In this document: piece after piece, positions 14,045-27,730 of the stretch
Numbering within the stretch: position 1 is the stretch's first letter
How the letters are laid out: every line of letters starts with the position of its first letter
From: Octopus vulgaris
Lineage: Eukaryota
Reading direction: 5' to 3'
DNA: 64,000 nucleotides
Assembly (NCBI GenBank): GCA_951406725.2
Contig: OX597819.1
Location: forward strand, 4,092,001-4,156,000
Position numbers and translations under genes: made by a program
The notes under the pieces: model-generated
Databases searched by the model: none
Seen by the model: only the letters and a program-made list of their open reading frames with translations
What the model was told of the DNA's origin: nothing

Positions 14045-14524
14045 TATTACTTCGACACCTAAGACGGTGAGCAGGCAGAATCGTTAGCACTCCGGGAAAA
14101 ATGCTTAGTGGCAATTCGTCCGTCTATACGCTCTGAGTTCTAATTCTGCTGAGGTCGACTTTGCCTTTCACCCTATCCGTGTCGATAAAATAAGTACCAG
14201 TTGAGTACTGCGATAGATGTAATCGACTTACACCCTCCCCGGAACTTAACGGCTTTGGGCCTATAGTAGAAAGGAATATTGCTTCGACAACTAAGACGCT
14301 GAGTTGCAGAATCGTTAGCAAGACGGGCAAAATACTTAACGGCATTTCGTCCGTCTGCACGTTTTGAGTTCAAATTCCACCGGGATCGACTTCCACTTTC
14401 ATCCTTTCAATGTCGATAAAATGTCGTAACATTGAAGACTGGGGGTCAATATAATCGACTAGCACCCTCCCACAAATTTTTGGGCCTTGTGCCTATAAGA
14501 GAAAGGGTTATTACTTTGACACCT
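14045..14524 (+). mobile_element. Tandem dimer of SINE family B, period 232 bp, with a triplicated 16-bp junction
   Basis: tattacttcgacacct at 14045, tattgcttcgacaact at 14277 and tattactttgacacct at 14509 flank two full copies. Confidence 0.85.
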
Positions 14525-14549
14525 GGACAATATCATTCAACCAGGTAGG

Positions 14550-14656
<107 letters not shown>

Positions 14657-15411
14657 GTATATATATACCTGATTTAAATATATTAAACTCTTTAATAAGG
14701 TATAATTCCAAGAGCACCATAAATATGCAATGGTTAAATGGACACTTATCAACTGAATGATTATGAATGCATTCTCTAGAGGCATGTTTCGCACTGTGCG
14801 AAACATTTGACTGTAGCTTATATCATTGGAAGAATTATAGACGAGATTAAGTAGCCACAGTTAGAGGGAAAATTCGTTGATGATGCCGAGCCATTAGAGA
14901 AACAGTAGTAGCAATTTTCTTTTGGAAATAATAATATTTTCAGTTTACATCAAAAGGTATTGAGACGGAATAAGGACGGTTTATATATAACTGTATTGAC
15001 TTCAATATATTCCCACGTTTATTTTATTGATTTCTGAATTGTTAACTCCGAAGAGTGTAGCTTCAAACTAGATACCGTAAATCGTCTACCTAGGCACTGT
15101 GCCAATTCTTATATGAATTATACAAATCTCAAAAATGACTTATAACCTAATATTTGAAAAGATAGCTCCTGGATAATTTTAGCTTGAACCTATTTCTAAA
15201 GAAGTAGGTACATCTTTAGAATTAGGCACAAGCTAATAGTATACATATTAGTTTTATAAATTTAAATATGTTTTTTAATTGAAATCGATAATATCGAGTA
15301 ATTTGTTTCAAGCTCTTCTCACAATACCTTTCACACTTCAGCATCACATCGAAAATGCTATAATCTGGGATTTATGGATGCCATCCCTACACTTGGGTTG
15401 ATAAATAGTGA

Positions 15412-15573
15412 GGCGCAGGAGTGGCTGTGTGGTAAGTAGCTTGCTTACCAACCACATGATTCCGGGTTCAGTCCCACTGCGTGGCACCTTGGGCAAGTGT
15501 CTTCTACTATAGCCTCGGGCCAGCCAAAGTCTTGTCAGTGGATTTGGTAGACGGAAACTGAAAGAATACTGTC

Positions 15574-15641
<68 letters not shown>

Positions 15642-15913
15642 AACATCGTTTGACAACCGATGTTGGTGTGTTTACGTCCCCGTAACTTAGCGGTTCGGCA
15701 AAAGAGACTAGGCTTATAAAAAATAAGCTCTGGGGGCATGCTGGGGCAGTGCCTTGAATTTTTAGCCTAATTAATCAACCCCAGTACTTATTTTTTAAGT
15801 CTGTTACTTATTCTATCAATCGCTTTAGCCGAACCGCTAAGTTACGGGGTCGCAAACGCACCAACACCGGTTGTCAAATGGTGGTGGGTGATAAACAGAG
15901 ACACAAATACACA

Positions 15914-15967
<54 letters not shown>

Positions 15968-16042
15968 ACGTATATACGGTGGGCTTCTTTCAATTTCCGT
16001 CTGCCAAATACACTCACAAGGCTTAGGTCGGCCTGAGGCTAG
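15412..16042. mobile_element. Two family A SINEs tail-to-tail (15412-15735 plus, 15736-16042 minus)
   Basis: Plus copy starts ggcgcaggagtggctgtgtggtaag; second copy reads gccgaaccgctaagttacgggg..ctcacaaggcttaggtcggcctgaggct in the opposite orientation. Confidence 0.8.
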
Positions 16043-16927
16043 ATACATACACATAAACTCACATAAACTTTTCCCCACATATGTGCGTGGATGTGCGTAT
16101 GTCTTTTGTGAGCGATTTCATCTAAGTGACAATCCCCAATAAACAGAAGTATATTTATTAAGATGACGCTAAGGCATAATGATACAATACCAAACTAGGC
16201 GAGAACAGAGCCAAGTATTATAGACCACAGATTGCTTAACCATGCTCAAGTCAGTTGACATTAGTTTAAGCACATCACCTCTTGAATTCAGATGAGGGAA
16301 CGTTTAGCCTCTGCAAGAGTGACCTTCAATATAATCAAAACGATTATCATCTCCGGAAAAGGAAGTTACTAATTAATCGCTTGAGCGTCATCCATTTTCT
16401 AAAATGGATAAATACATTTGTTTTTATTGATGAGTATTTCAATTAATAATGGTAGACAGCTTTTTCAGAATAATGTTTTTCACAAAAATAATAATTAATT
16501 GATGAATTTTTCATACATCAATGATTTATTATCTTTTCCTATCGATTAAAAAAGAGAAAAACTATGAATTATATCTGTAGCTCACCTCTTTACTACCTCC
16601 ATTTTGAAACTAAACTTTTTTTTGAATATATATTTTTTAAACTTTTCATAATTTCGATTACATTTATAATACATAACGTGGTTTTGCTTGGATGTCCTCC
16701 AATCACAATAAATGAAAAACACTATATTTTGTAGTGGATGCGGCTGTTTATGACAATCATAACCATAATAATGTTCATGTTAAATACTAGTAGCAGCAGT
16801 AATGTTTAGCTGTTACGGTGGTGTTATTGCTTCTGATGGCAAGCCGTTGACATGGTAACCACAGAATGTTATTTACAATTCATAAAGTTCCATAGCCCAG
16901 CAGTTAAATTTAAATTTCAAAATAAAT

Positions 16928-16971
<44 letters not shown>

Positions 16972-16974
16972 TAG

Positions 16975-17010
<36 letters not shown>

Positions 17011-17052
17011 GATACATATATACATATATACACACACATATATATATACACA

Positions 17053-17088
<36 letters not shown>

Positions 17089-17148
17089 TATATCTATATA
17101 TATATATATATATATATACATATATTTATATACATACATACATATATC

Positions 17149-17210
<62 letters not shown>

Positions 17211-17263
17211 TGTATGTATGTATGTATGTATGTATGTATGTATGTATGTATGATGCATGTATA

Positions 17264-17800
17264 TCTTTTATCTTTTACTTGTTTCAGTCATTTGACTGCA
17301 GCCATGGCACCGACTTGAAGGTGTTTAGTCGAACAAATCGACCCTTGACTTAATTTTTTTTTTTGAAACTTTGTACTTATTCTATCGGTCTCTTTTGCCG
17401 TGCCACCAAGTTACGTGGATGTAAGCAAACCACCACTGGTTGTCAAGTGGTGGAAGGAGACTGACACAGACACATAAATATATACTGGTGTCTTCCGATA
17501 TAGCCTTAGGTCGACGAAAGCCTTGTGAGTGGATTTGTTAGGCGGAAACTGGAAGAAGACCGTATTATGTGTGTGTGATTGTGTGTGTGTATGTATGTCT
17601 TTGTATCTGTGTTCGTTCCACTCTACCGTTTGACAACCGGAGTCGGTGTGTTTACATCGTTTTAGAAACCGATGAAATAAGTATCAAGCTTAACAAAAGA
17701 CATACAAAGTACTGGAGTCGATTCATTCAACTAAAAATTCCTCGTGGCGGTGCTCTAGCATGACTGCAGTCCAATGACTGGAACGAGCAATAAATAAAAG
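17264..17800. mobile_element. Two partial family A SINEs in opposite orientation (17264-17480 minus, 17488-17800 plus)
   Basis: cttttacttgtttcagtcatttgactgcagcc on the left; ggcggtgctctagcatgactgcagtccaatgactgg on the right. Confidence 0.75.
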
Positions 17801-18467
17801 ATAAAATATATGTGCACGCGCGCATAATACACTCATGTGTAAGACCTGAAGAACGTGGATATTGGCTTCTATCTTGTTGCCTTTTTTCACAAACACATAC
17901 ACATACTTTGTGTTTGTTTTTCTCTCCCTCTCTCTTTCTCTCTCTCCCATTCTCTCTTTCTTTCTCTCTCTCCTATTCTCTCTCTCTCTCTCACACACAT
18001 ACACCACCGAATCGCTTCTTACAGATTGAACTGGAAAAACACAATGGCTCCTGCCCTAAATGAATAAGAAAGTCATTAACATAAAATAACTGCAGTACGT
18101 TTTAGAATGTTGTGCAATGTCTCTCTCTAATACATACATACAGATAGACATGCATGCATACATAAGTACATGCATTCATGCATACATACATACCAAGTTA
18201 CATATACACACATTGAATATGAGTGCATTGAAGACATACAAGATAAAATAACTAGTTTGCTAGAGTAAGTTGTAAAATATTTATATGTATTTCAGTTTAT
18301 ATTCTATACGATAACAATAGCGCTGGGAACCAATCCAAAGGTTTTATGGTGTATTGTCTCGTCTCCAAAGAAACTGAATTCTGCGATACATATGCTGCTA
18401 GTTCTCTGACTTTAGAACTCTCTCCCTTTCTCTTTCTCTCACTTGGTCTTTATTCCTCGGCCTCTCT

Positions 18468-18531
<64 letters not shown>

Positions 18532-18573
18532 GTGTATATCAAATATAATATACAATATATAATACAATATAGG

Positions 18574-18607
<34 letters not shown>

Positions 18608-18912
18608 CTTGCTACAGTATATTATTTGATGTACATCTATTTGTTGAACTGCTATCTTACTTGACCTCAAGGGATACATCATATATAAAGACTGATATGC
18701 AAAGATAAACATACATGGGAGCACACACACACATACACATGTCTGTCTGTGTGTGTGTGTAATAATGAAGTCTAGCCAGAAAGTGATGTTTTAAGCCATT
18801 TGATACTTATATTTCAAGTTTCCATAATATATAAGAAATGCATCCATTACGTAACCCTTCTTCAGTTAAGGCACTTCAAAACTAATGTATATATATATAT
18901 ATATATGTATGT

Positions 18913-19075
<163 letters not shown>

Positions 19076-19124
19076 AATATATATGTATATATGTATATAT
19101 ATATACATGTATATATATATACGT

Positions 19125-19320
19125 GGGGTGTTGTGTGTGTGTGTATTTGCGCCCAATCACCACTTGACAACCGGTTTTGGGGTGTTCACATCGCCGTAAC
19201 TTAGTGGTTTGGCAAAATAACTGATACAAAAAGTACCAAGCCTAAAATAATAAATCCTGGGGCTGATTTTGAGTAAAACACAGCATGGCTGCTGTTAAAT
19301 GACTGAAACAAGTAAAATAA
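19125..19320 (+). mobile_element. SINE family A 3' half
   Basis: cacttgacaaccgg..ccgtaacttagtggtttggcaaaa..atgactgaaacaagtaaaa. Confidence 0.75.
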
Positions 19321-19326
19321 TAGCAG

Positions 19327-19420
<94 letters not shown>

Positions 19421-19555
19421 CAACATTTAGAGGAATGACCTCCAAAGTGGACACCCTATATGCTAAACATAGACGTCAAATCACCATTATCACGAAGAAT
19501 GTCTTCTCAAGAAAAAATTCTCAGCAAAACGCCAATTTGGAGATTTTTATTGATG

Positions 19556-19595
19556 TACCTGAGGAGACCCAGAACGTGTCGAAACATATGTTGTA
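19556..19595 (+). ncRNA. Minimal type-I hammerhead ribozyme motif (PLE pLTR type)
   Basis: tac|CTGAGGA|gac ccagaacgt gtc|GAAAC ATAT GTT|gta; palindromic stem III ACATATGT, 3-bp stems I and II, AATAAA at 19599. Confidence 0.6.
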
Positions 19596-19684
19596 ACCAA
19601 TAAAGTCTATTACACATTCCATCTCCTATTTTATTAATACTTTTATATATATGTAGGTATATATATGTAGGTATATATACTTAC

Positions 19685-19720
<36 letters not shown>

Positions 19721-22700
19721 ATGTGTGTGTGTGCATGTATACAAATGTGTATACGCCTTATCCAAACTCAGCTGCTTGTCCTTTCTATGAAAACCAACTG
19801 TGTTTGCATAAAGTGTACAAGCAATAATGTAAGCCTCTGTTTTAGAGGGCTACAATCGTACATCAAAACTCTTCTTACCAACTCAAACGTTATAGCATTA
19901 TACGTATATATAGTAGCGGTTTATGACACGAATACCGCCTCTGAAATTCAGAGAGGATAAAGTACATCATAGATATCACATGATCGGTGTCTGACGTTTC
20001 AGTGCTATGATTCGAATGTTTCTAAACTCAACGAAACAACTGTTACGATGTAGAAATATAAACTGAAAACAACCTGCATCAACAAATATTTTCACAAGAC
20101 TTAAATGCAATAATTCGTTTGAAATTTATTTTATTCAGGGAATTCTGAAACAATCTTCTTCTGTTTTGTAGATGATGCAGAATATAGTTTAAGCATAGAA
20201 ATAGATAGAAAATAAGAGTACTATTTCATTAGCTAATTTTGCTCGCTAATAGATACATTCTGGAGACAGTTAAACATCTTGGATATTCATACGGATAATG
20301 ACCAGCTTGTGCAAAGATTAGAAACGGAATTAAAGTTTTCTTTTAATTGCTTGAAAGAATCAAGTAGTGAAGAACACTATTTTCAGCAATGAAAGTAAAC
20401 GAGACTACAAATTATTGATGTCCAAAGAATTTCTTCTAAAATCTGTTGTATCTCAGCGATATTTAAAATTTATGTATATTGAGCTAACGATGCTGTCCTA
20501 AAAATAACGCATACTCTAGTTAATGTAAGTCACAGATGCAGCATGAATGAAAAACTGATTGGATCTTTATATGCGCTCGGTGGAGCATTAAACAGATAAT
20601 GTCTTTTAATGTTGTGCCGAATGGGAGAAACTATCAAAGTGTATTCTGAAATATATTTTAGATCGAAAATAGAATTAATTGTGACAGGATTTGGATATCA
20701 ATGTTAAACAATATAAAGATTTGTGGATTTAATTTGAATGAATTTTTCATGTATTTGAGTAACGTTATCATAAGCATTGTTTGTTAAAATACGCGTGCCA
20801 TGTGTATGGTCATGAGTGAATAATCGTTCAATCCACTTATTTGTATAGCTAGCTTGAACGGAATGAATGGATAGGTTCATGCGTCGAGAGATTGACATTT
20901 CGTGTTTTGTGGTAGGGCACTTAATTACATATACTTCAGTTCACCTCAGATTTTGTTGAAAATGGTCAATAGGTGTGATTCCTTGTTGACTGATGCATGT
21001 AATCCCTAAAGGTCAAGAATGCATATTCATCTTTTGGATTACGGTTTTAGAATCCCAATCGGATTCGCAATCTTGAAGTGTCAAGAACTTATATTGTGCT
21101 TCATGACGTTTTCCATTGATATTTTATGAAACTGAAACATCTAAATAAGAATAATACAAACTCTTTCAATCTTGTCTAATCAAAAATTATTGTCGACCAA
21201 GGAAGTGTCAATAAGCGAAGATAACGCTTATTGACACAACAGTTTTGCGTCACAGGCACAAGATACCGAAAAGGTTCTCTGAAAATTCTAAATGATTCTT
21301 TGATTGTCTACAGTTCTAGCATTGAATGAAATATAAGTTGATTTTTTTTTTTCCAGTAGATACAAATTTAACTGCGATATGGTCGACTGAACCAACTTTT
21401 GTTGGTTGAAATTGATAATATGTGGAAATTTTTCTTTTTACAATATTGAAAACCTCATACACCTCCTAAGGACCTCATTTACAGGGTCAATCTATTTTTA
21501 AAAAAATAACTGGAGCTTTTGTTTTTATCGAGTTTTAAAATATGAAGATTCTAGTAAGCCTCTGTTTAATTTAAACTTGGAAATAAGGGAAGAGTAGTTA
21601 GTGTGAAATCCTCATACTTCTACCAATTCTGAGACACGTGTTTGCTTAGTATACTTGTTTCCTCACCTGATAAGTGATGAAAATCATGACAATTTAAAAT
21701 ACACGCTCACATACACACACAGACACGTGCGTGTATATCTGTTTGTATATTGTCTTATATATGCCAACAAGTTTTGAGAGACCACACTTTTGATGAAAAA
21801 GGAAATATTTAATTTACGAGTCTAACACATTTAGAATTATTTCTATGTAGTTTACCAATGGTTTCATGTAAAAGAAAACAATAACGGCCTTACTTTATAA
21901 TTATGGTTGTTTTATATGCGTTAAACTTGGTCGCTAGATGAAATCTCGAACGAGAACAGGATTATGCCAAGCACACGGTTCGGAATTTGTAAACCTGTAA
22001 ATTGCTTTGCTAGATTCTCTCTCTTTACATCATGTAAATTCCTGCTAGATTAAGAACATAAAGTGAAACAAATTTTATGTAAGAAATTGAATAATACTAA
22101 ATGACATGATCATAAACTTTCAGACTGAGCAATTAAACTCACAGTCAACTAAAATGCTCGAGCAAAGTAATGTCAGTTTGAACTGACATTGAGGGCATAA
22201 ACATAAATGTTAATAGACGGACTGTAAAATATTAAAGAAGGATTTTGAACAAGGAGACTGATAATTTAGAAATAAAAGAGGGGGAAAAGAAAACAGGTAA
22301 AAGGAGAAAACAGAAAAAAAAATTGTGGAGGGGTGTAGATAAAAAAAAACAAGAAGGAATAAGTGAAAGCGAATACAAAGAAACAAATGAGAAAAAAAAA
22401 ACCCAGAAAATTTGAGTGCCCTTCACAATAAGGAGGTCTCCATTCGATCTCTTTCTCTCCTTATTTCTTCCATTACAATGCCAATATCGCTGAAAAATCT
22501 CTGGAGAATTGCTTTTATTGTTCAATACACATTTACAAAAAAAAAAAAATATCTATTATGCGCTTTCTCACAGGATCGTGAGATGTAAAGAAAAAGTCAC
22601 AAAAGACAGCGTAGAGGAAAGAAAACGAGATAAAGAGAGGCATCAGGGGAAAATATAAACCGTAAACCTTTTAATGGGTTTTAGTGGGGGGTGTATCCTC

Positions 22701-23320
22701 TTCCGTTATACAAATTTCCCCTCATGCGTACAAGGGCTAAAAACTTGTCATGGCGTTTACGACAATCCAAGGACACAAGTGTTTTTTTTAAACCTCACAT
22801 TTTCTGTAATACCGTGTTCTATCAAACTCTCTGTTACCTTGTTTCTTTTTCTTTGTCTCCTCTAACTTTTTATTAAGAAAAGCGTTCGAGCTTCTCTGTG
22901 CGTGTATGAGCGCGTATATTTACATGGATATTGTTTCTTTTTGTGAAGACAGTAGAGCAAAGGAGACGTTCCTCTAGAGCTACCCCGAAGTCATGTCTCC
23001 TCTATTTATAAGCTTTCTTAATTTAATTCGAATTTCTTACACGTATGCCCTTTCAGAACAGATGTAGTTAATGACTCCAAACGTTCTTGTCGTTGAATTT
23101 CTGATCCGGTACTCTCAGTATACAGATGTGTTTGGGAAATAAATACTTCTGGCACGAGCGGTAGTTTTAATAATAATATATGTATATACATAAACACACG
23201 CATGCACAGACGTGCAAATACATGTTTACACACACACGCTTATACATACACATATATAAACATATGTGTGTGTGTGCGTGCAAATTTAGTGATTTTTAAA
23301 AATAAATTGAGAGAAAATTA

Positions 23321-23368
23321 ACAACCTTAATCGATTTTCGAATCTTATTGGATTCTCATCAGAGTCGT
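23321..23368 (-). ncRNA. Minimal type-I hammerhead ribozyme motif
   Basis: Minus: acgact|CTGATGA|gaatc caataa gattc|GAAA ATCGA TTA|aggttgt; 5-bp stem II starting G-C, palindrome AATCGATT, stem I with one bulge. Confidence 0.7.
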
Positions 23369-23510
23369 CTACATCAATTTGATCAATCCCCAAAGAAACT
23401 AGTTGCTGATCTGTTTATATACGTAACAATTCTAGCTGCTACAGAAACCTGGAACGACTAGTTTGCAAACCGCAAACAAACACACTCTAAAACATTAGAG
23501 TAGTAATATC

Positions 23511-23666
23511 TAGAAGGTCGTTTGATGGTCGGTCAGAGAGTGGCTGTTGGTTTCGCACCTATAAGGTGCTTAGCTGTATAAGCGATTCGTTGCCTACACA
23601 TCTAAGCGCCATATAAGGTATGAAACCAATGACCGCTCTCAGAGCAGCCATAACAAACAACCTTCT
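23511..23666. mobile_element. MITE (about 155 bp, imperfect TIRs), copy 1
   Basis: tagaaggtcgtttgatggtcggtcagagag ... ctctcagagcagccataacaaacaaccttct; homologous to 33895-34041. Confidence 0.7.
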
Positions 23667-23691
23667 CTCCCTCTGTCTCTCACTCACTCAC

Positions 23692-23744
<53 letters not shown>

Positions 23745-23900
23745 GTTGAAATTTAGAGAAAAACAAAAGATGAAGACAAGTATACAAACAACAAACAGGT
23801 GTATTAGTTTGACGCTCGGGGAGGTGAGAAAGTCTTTTACGTTTCGAGCCTACGCTTTGCAACAAAAAGGAACACGAGAAAATAAACAGAGAGAGTGTCT
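23745..23900 (-). mobile_element. PLE pLTR-like relic with a degenerate hammerhead (23834-23869)
   Basis: Minus: cttt|ttgttgca|aagc gtag gctc|GAAAC GTA|aaag; starts at a (TA)n tract; gacgctc motif shared with 42121-42295. Confidence 0.5.
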
Positions 23901-24089
23901 TTTGATAGCCCGTTGGTTTTCCGAATACGTTTCTAATCAGACATGTATTCTCTTCTTTAGAAGGGGTATATTTTACTCCAATTGTGATGTGATTGGATTA
24001 ATTGTAACTTTAATAAGGTAAAGCACCACGATAAAAATCATTTACACGCGTGAAAAGCATCAACACGAAGAATCCAGTTGAAAAAGATC

Positions 24090-24450
24090 AATTCTACGAT
24101 ACAGATCATCAGACAGTGAACAACATAGGCAGCAAATTATCTGAAGAAGGGCATTGAACAAGTGAGAAGTGATCCGGAAAGTCATAGAAAGGTTATGGGA
24201 GAACAAGGAAAGCAGTTAAGAGGCAAGTTATTAAACGTCGACTTGCTGTTCGAGGGGTTGCAAACGTGACCTATTGTGTAAGAACAATATTGAAAGACCT
24301 CGGATATGAAAGAAAACTTAACAGAAAGAAGCCAATGATTTCAAAACTTAATAAGATAAAGAAATCAAACTCTTCCAATTTTCCCAATTCATGGTAAGCT
24401 TATGTGTGGCGCCACAAGACTGAAACATACATTGCAGGCGGACTGTTTAC
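24090..24450 (+). pseudogene. Tc1-like transposase remnant (HTH/linker region, frameshifted)
   Basis: VRTILKDLGYERKLNRKKPMISKLNKIKK from 24278 (Tc1 RKKP linker) and YVWRHKTETY from 24401 (Tc1 VWR motif). Confidence 0.6.
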
Positions 24451-24452
24451 AA

Positions 24453-24522
<70 letters not shown>

Positions 24523-24647
24523 ATTTGTGTGCGTTTACATACACGTGCGCATATATAAATTGACTTAAATATAAACCCTTACATTGAATGTATGTATGTA
24601 CGAATGTATTATGTATGAATGGATGGATGGCTGTAGCTATCTATTTA

Positions 24648-24697
<50 letters not shown>

Positions 24698-24751
24698 AAT
24701 TTATCTTTCTCTCTCTTTCTGTCTCACTCTGTCTGTCTGTCTGTCTCTGTC

Positions 24752-24805
<54 letters not shown>

Positions 24806-25254
24806 TCTCTTGATATATATATTTATAATGCTTTAGTAATTGTGATCGTCAACACAACATTAAATTAGATTTCTGAAAACCTTACAACTTTAATGTAAGT
24901 GAACCTATTGTAAAATAATTAAATATATCTTTACTTGCCGAATATTATAGAATAAAGATTTTACTAGAACTAAATTCCCTCAAATTTAGCTCTGGCGTAG
25001 TAAAAATTTTCTCTGTGCGCTGGATTATTAATTAAATTCATAATTAGATAAATATCGATATCAACTGTATTCTGTAGAATACTTCATACGAAATTTATGT
25101 AAGTAAATTAATTAAGTAATCAAAATTATAATATTTAAATATAAAGGTCTTTATAATTCCCGAGCGGGTTCAAATTAAGTATGCTATTCAACCCTACAAT
25201 AGCGTGCAAGCGCGCTCGAGCGTGTGTATGTGTGTACACACGCATTTGTGTGTG

Positions 25255-25326
<72 letters not shown>

Positions 25327-26057
25327 CGCGTCCGTTTTATGCGTCTTTCAAAGGCTAAAGATGAACAGAGTATACATAAACCCTATTTTTGACTGTTAGG
25401 CTTATAATTAATTATTAAACATTTAAATAAAGATTTAGGTTTAGATTTGTTTATGACATTAAGTGCTTGTATTATTTTTTTTTATGTATGACTCTAGTAT
25501 TATCATTCTTTATTATATAGAGAGAATGAACCGAAAGCTTTAGTAAACTTAGTTTCTTGTTATCAGTTGTCAACAACCGTAGGAAAGATAAAATGATTAG
25601 GAGTATTCTGCATAAATCGATTTAACTGACTCGAGCCTAGAGAGATTATGTATATCAAGGGAATTAGTACCAATACGATACACTGGAATTCATTTCTTCA
25701 TACAAAGATTGGCCTTTCCTTTCCTTAAGAAATCGGTCTTAAATCGATACTAAATTTGTAGTAAGCGAATCTAGTTGAAATATTATGAACAGACTCCCAT
25801 CTGCAACTCGGTTCTAAATTTCATTCTAGCTACGCCTTTATCCATTACCCATTCTGTTCCTTTCAGATTCCGACAACTTAAGCAAACATCAGCGATCCAA
25901 CGTAAAACTATGCTTATTTAAGTGTCCTACAGTTTGGTATTTGTATATACACACACAAACACACAGCACCAAGGCAGATACGGACACGCATAATCTCATC
26001 TGTGTATATATATATATATATATATATGTATATTTCATATATATATAGATAGATAGA

Positions 26058-26114
<57 letters not shown>

Positions 26115-26230
26115 CATACATACAAACATACATGCATGCATACACACACACATATATATATATAAATATATAAATGTATGTATGTAGGTAGGTAGGTAGG
26201 TAATCAGTATATACGTATCATGTATATGTA

Positions 26231-26285
<55 letters not shown>

Positions 26286-26290
26286 ATGTA

Positions 26291-26330
<40 letters not shown>

Positions 26331-26812
26331 TGTGTGTGTTTTGTTTCTGTATCAAAGATATATATGAATGCAAACCTATACCTTCATAACTAACTGGCGT
26401 TGCTAATTCGTACCGCTTTTTCTTACATTAATGTTTTATGCTGAAGAAACTGAAATTAGAAACTCGGAATAATAAAAATGTTCCCCCGACAATCAACTAG
26501 GAAAAATATTAGTTCATATGCTAAATTTTCTCTACCAAATGTTCGTGAATTTCTGTAGAGAATTCAAGGATCGTTATCGCGATGCTCAGGGTCAAATAAT
26601 ACTTCTTTCATATTTCATTTTCTCGATTTAAAAATATAACCAGAATGTTCTATAAGAATTAGATTTTTTATTTATTTTTAACACAGTGTGCACAGGTGAA
26701 ATGAACTACACACATATCTATAAATGAACACAAGTGTATGCGCCCGCGCGTGTTTAGTCAATCAGTATATACGTATGGTGTATATGTATGAATATATATA
26801 TATATTACTATT

Positions 26813-27053
26813 CTAGCACTATGACCCGGCAACGCCACGTCATAGTGGTAGTGCATGCATATACAGCTGCGTTCGTGCGCACATACACGCGAGTACTGTC
26901 CAAGTCTTATTTCATGGCTTTGCGGGGTGACTGGGGAAATGTAAAGATGTGCACGACCACCCTTGGAGGGTTTTGAATGATCATAGAAAGTGCGAGCCCT
27001 CTAACTGAAAGATTGTGGATTTGTATAAAGGACACACACACATATATTTTGCT

Positions 27054-27095
<42 letters not shown>
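26813..27095 (-). mobile_element. Non-autonomous Helitron-like element
   Basis: Minus 5' TC(AT)n..aaacagcaaaatatatgtgtgtgtgtcctttatacaaatccac; terminal hairpin cactatgacccggcaacgccacgtcatagtg next to CTAG at 26813-26816; the A/T target site is not preserved. Confidence 0.6.
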
Positions 27096-27096
<1 letters not shown>

Positions 27097-27238
27097 TTGT
27101 CAAATCCTGAATACGTTGCTTTACTCGATCCAAGCGAACTTGGAACCAAACAAGAGCAACTATATAAATAACGGGAATTAAGATTCCATTTATCTCAGCA
27201 GTCCTGCCGTAGAATTTAATGTGATTTTGTTTCATATA

Positions 27239-27440
27239 GGCACAGACATGGCTGTGTGGTAAGAAACATGCTTCCCAACCACGTGGTTTAACGATCAGTC
27301 CCACTGCGCGGCACCTTGGGCAAATGTCTTCTACTATTGCCGCGGGCCGACCAAAGATTTGTCAATGGATTTGGCAGACGGAAACTGAAAGAAACCCGTC
27401 GTATATATATATAGATATATAAACACACACGTTTGTGTGT

Positions 27441-27480
<40 letters not shown>

Positions 27481-27730
27481 ATGTGTGTGTGTCTGTATGT
27501 TTGTATCTGTGTTTCTGTGTTTGTTCTCCCACCCTATCACCTGACAACCAGCGTTGGTGAGTTTACGTCCCCGTAAACTCACCAACACCGGCTCGGCAAA
27601 AGAGACCGATAGAATAAGTACCAGACTTTACAAGAAAGCACTGGAGTCGATTCATTCAACTAAAAGTTCCTTAAGGCGGTGCCCCAACATGGCCGTAGTC
27701 TAATGACAGAAACAAGTAAAAGATAAAAGA
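27239..27730 (+). mobile_element. SINE family A, full length
   Basis: ggcacagacatggctgtgtggtaag..caccttgggcaaatgtcttct..gaaacaagtaaaagataaaaga. Confidence 0.9.
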
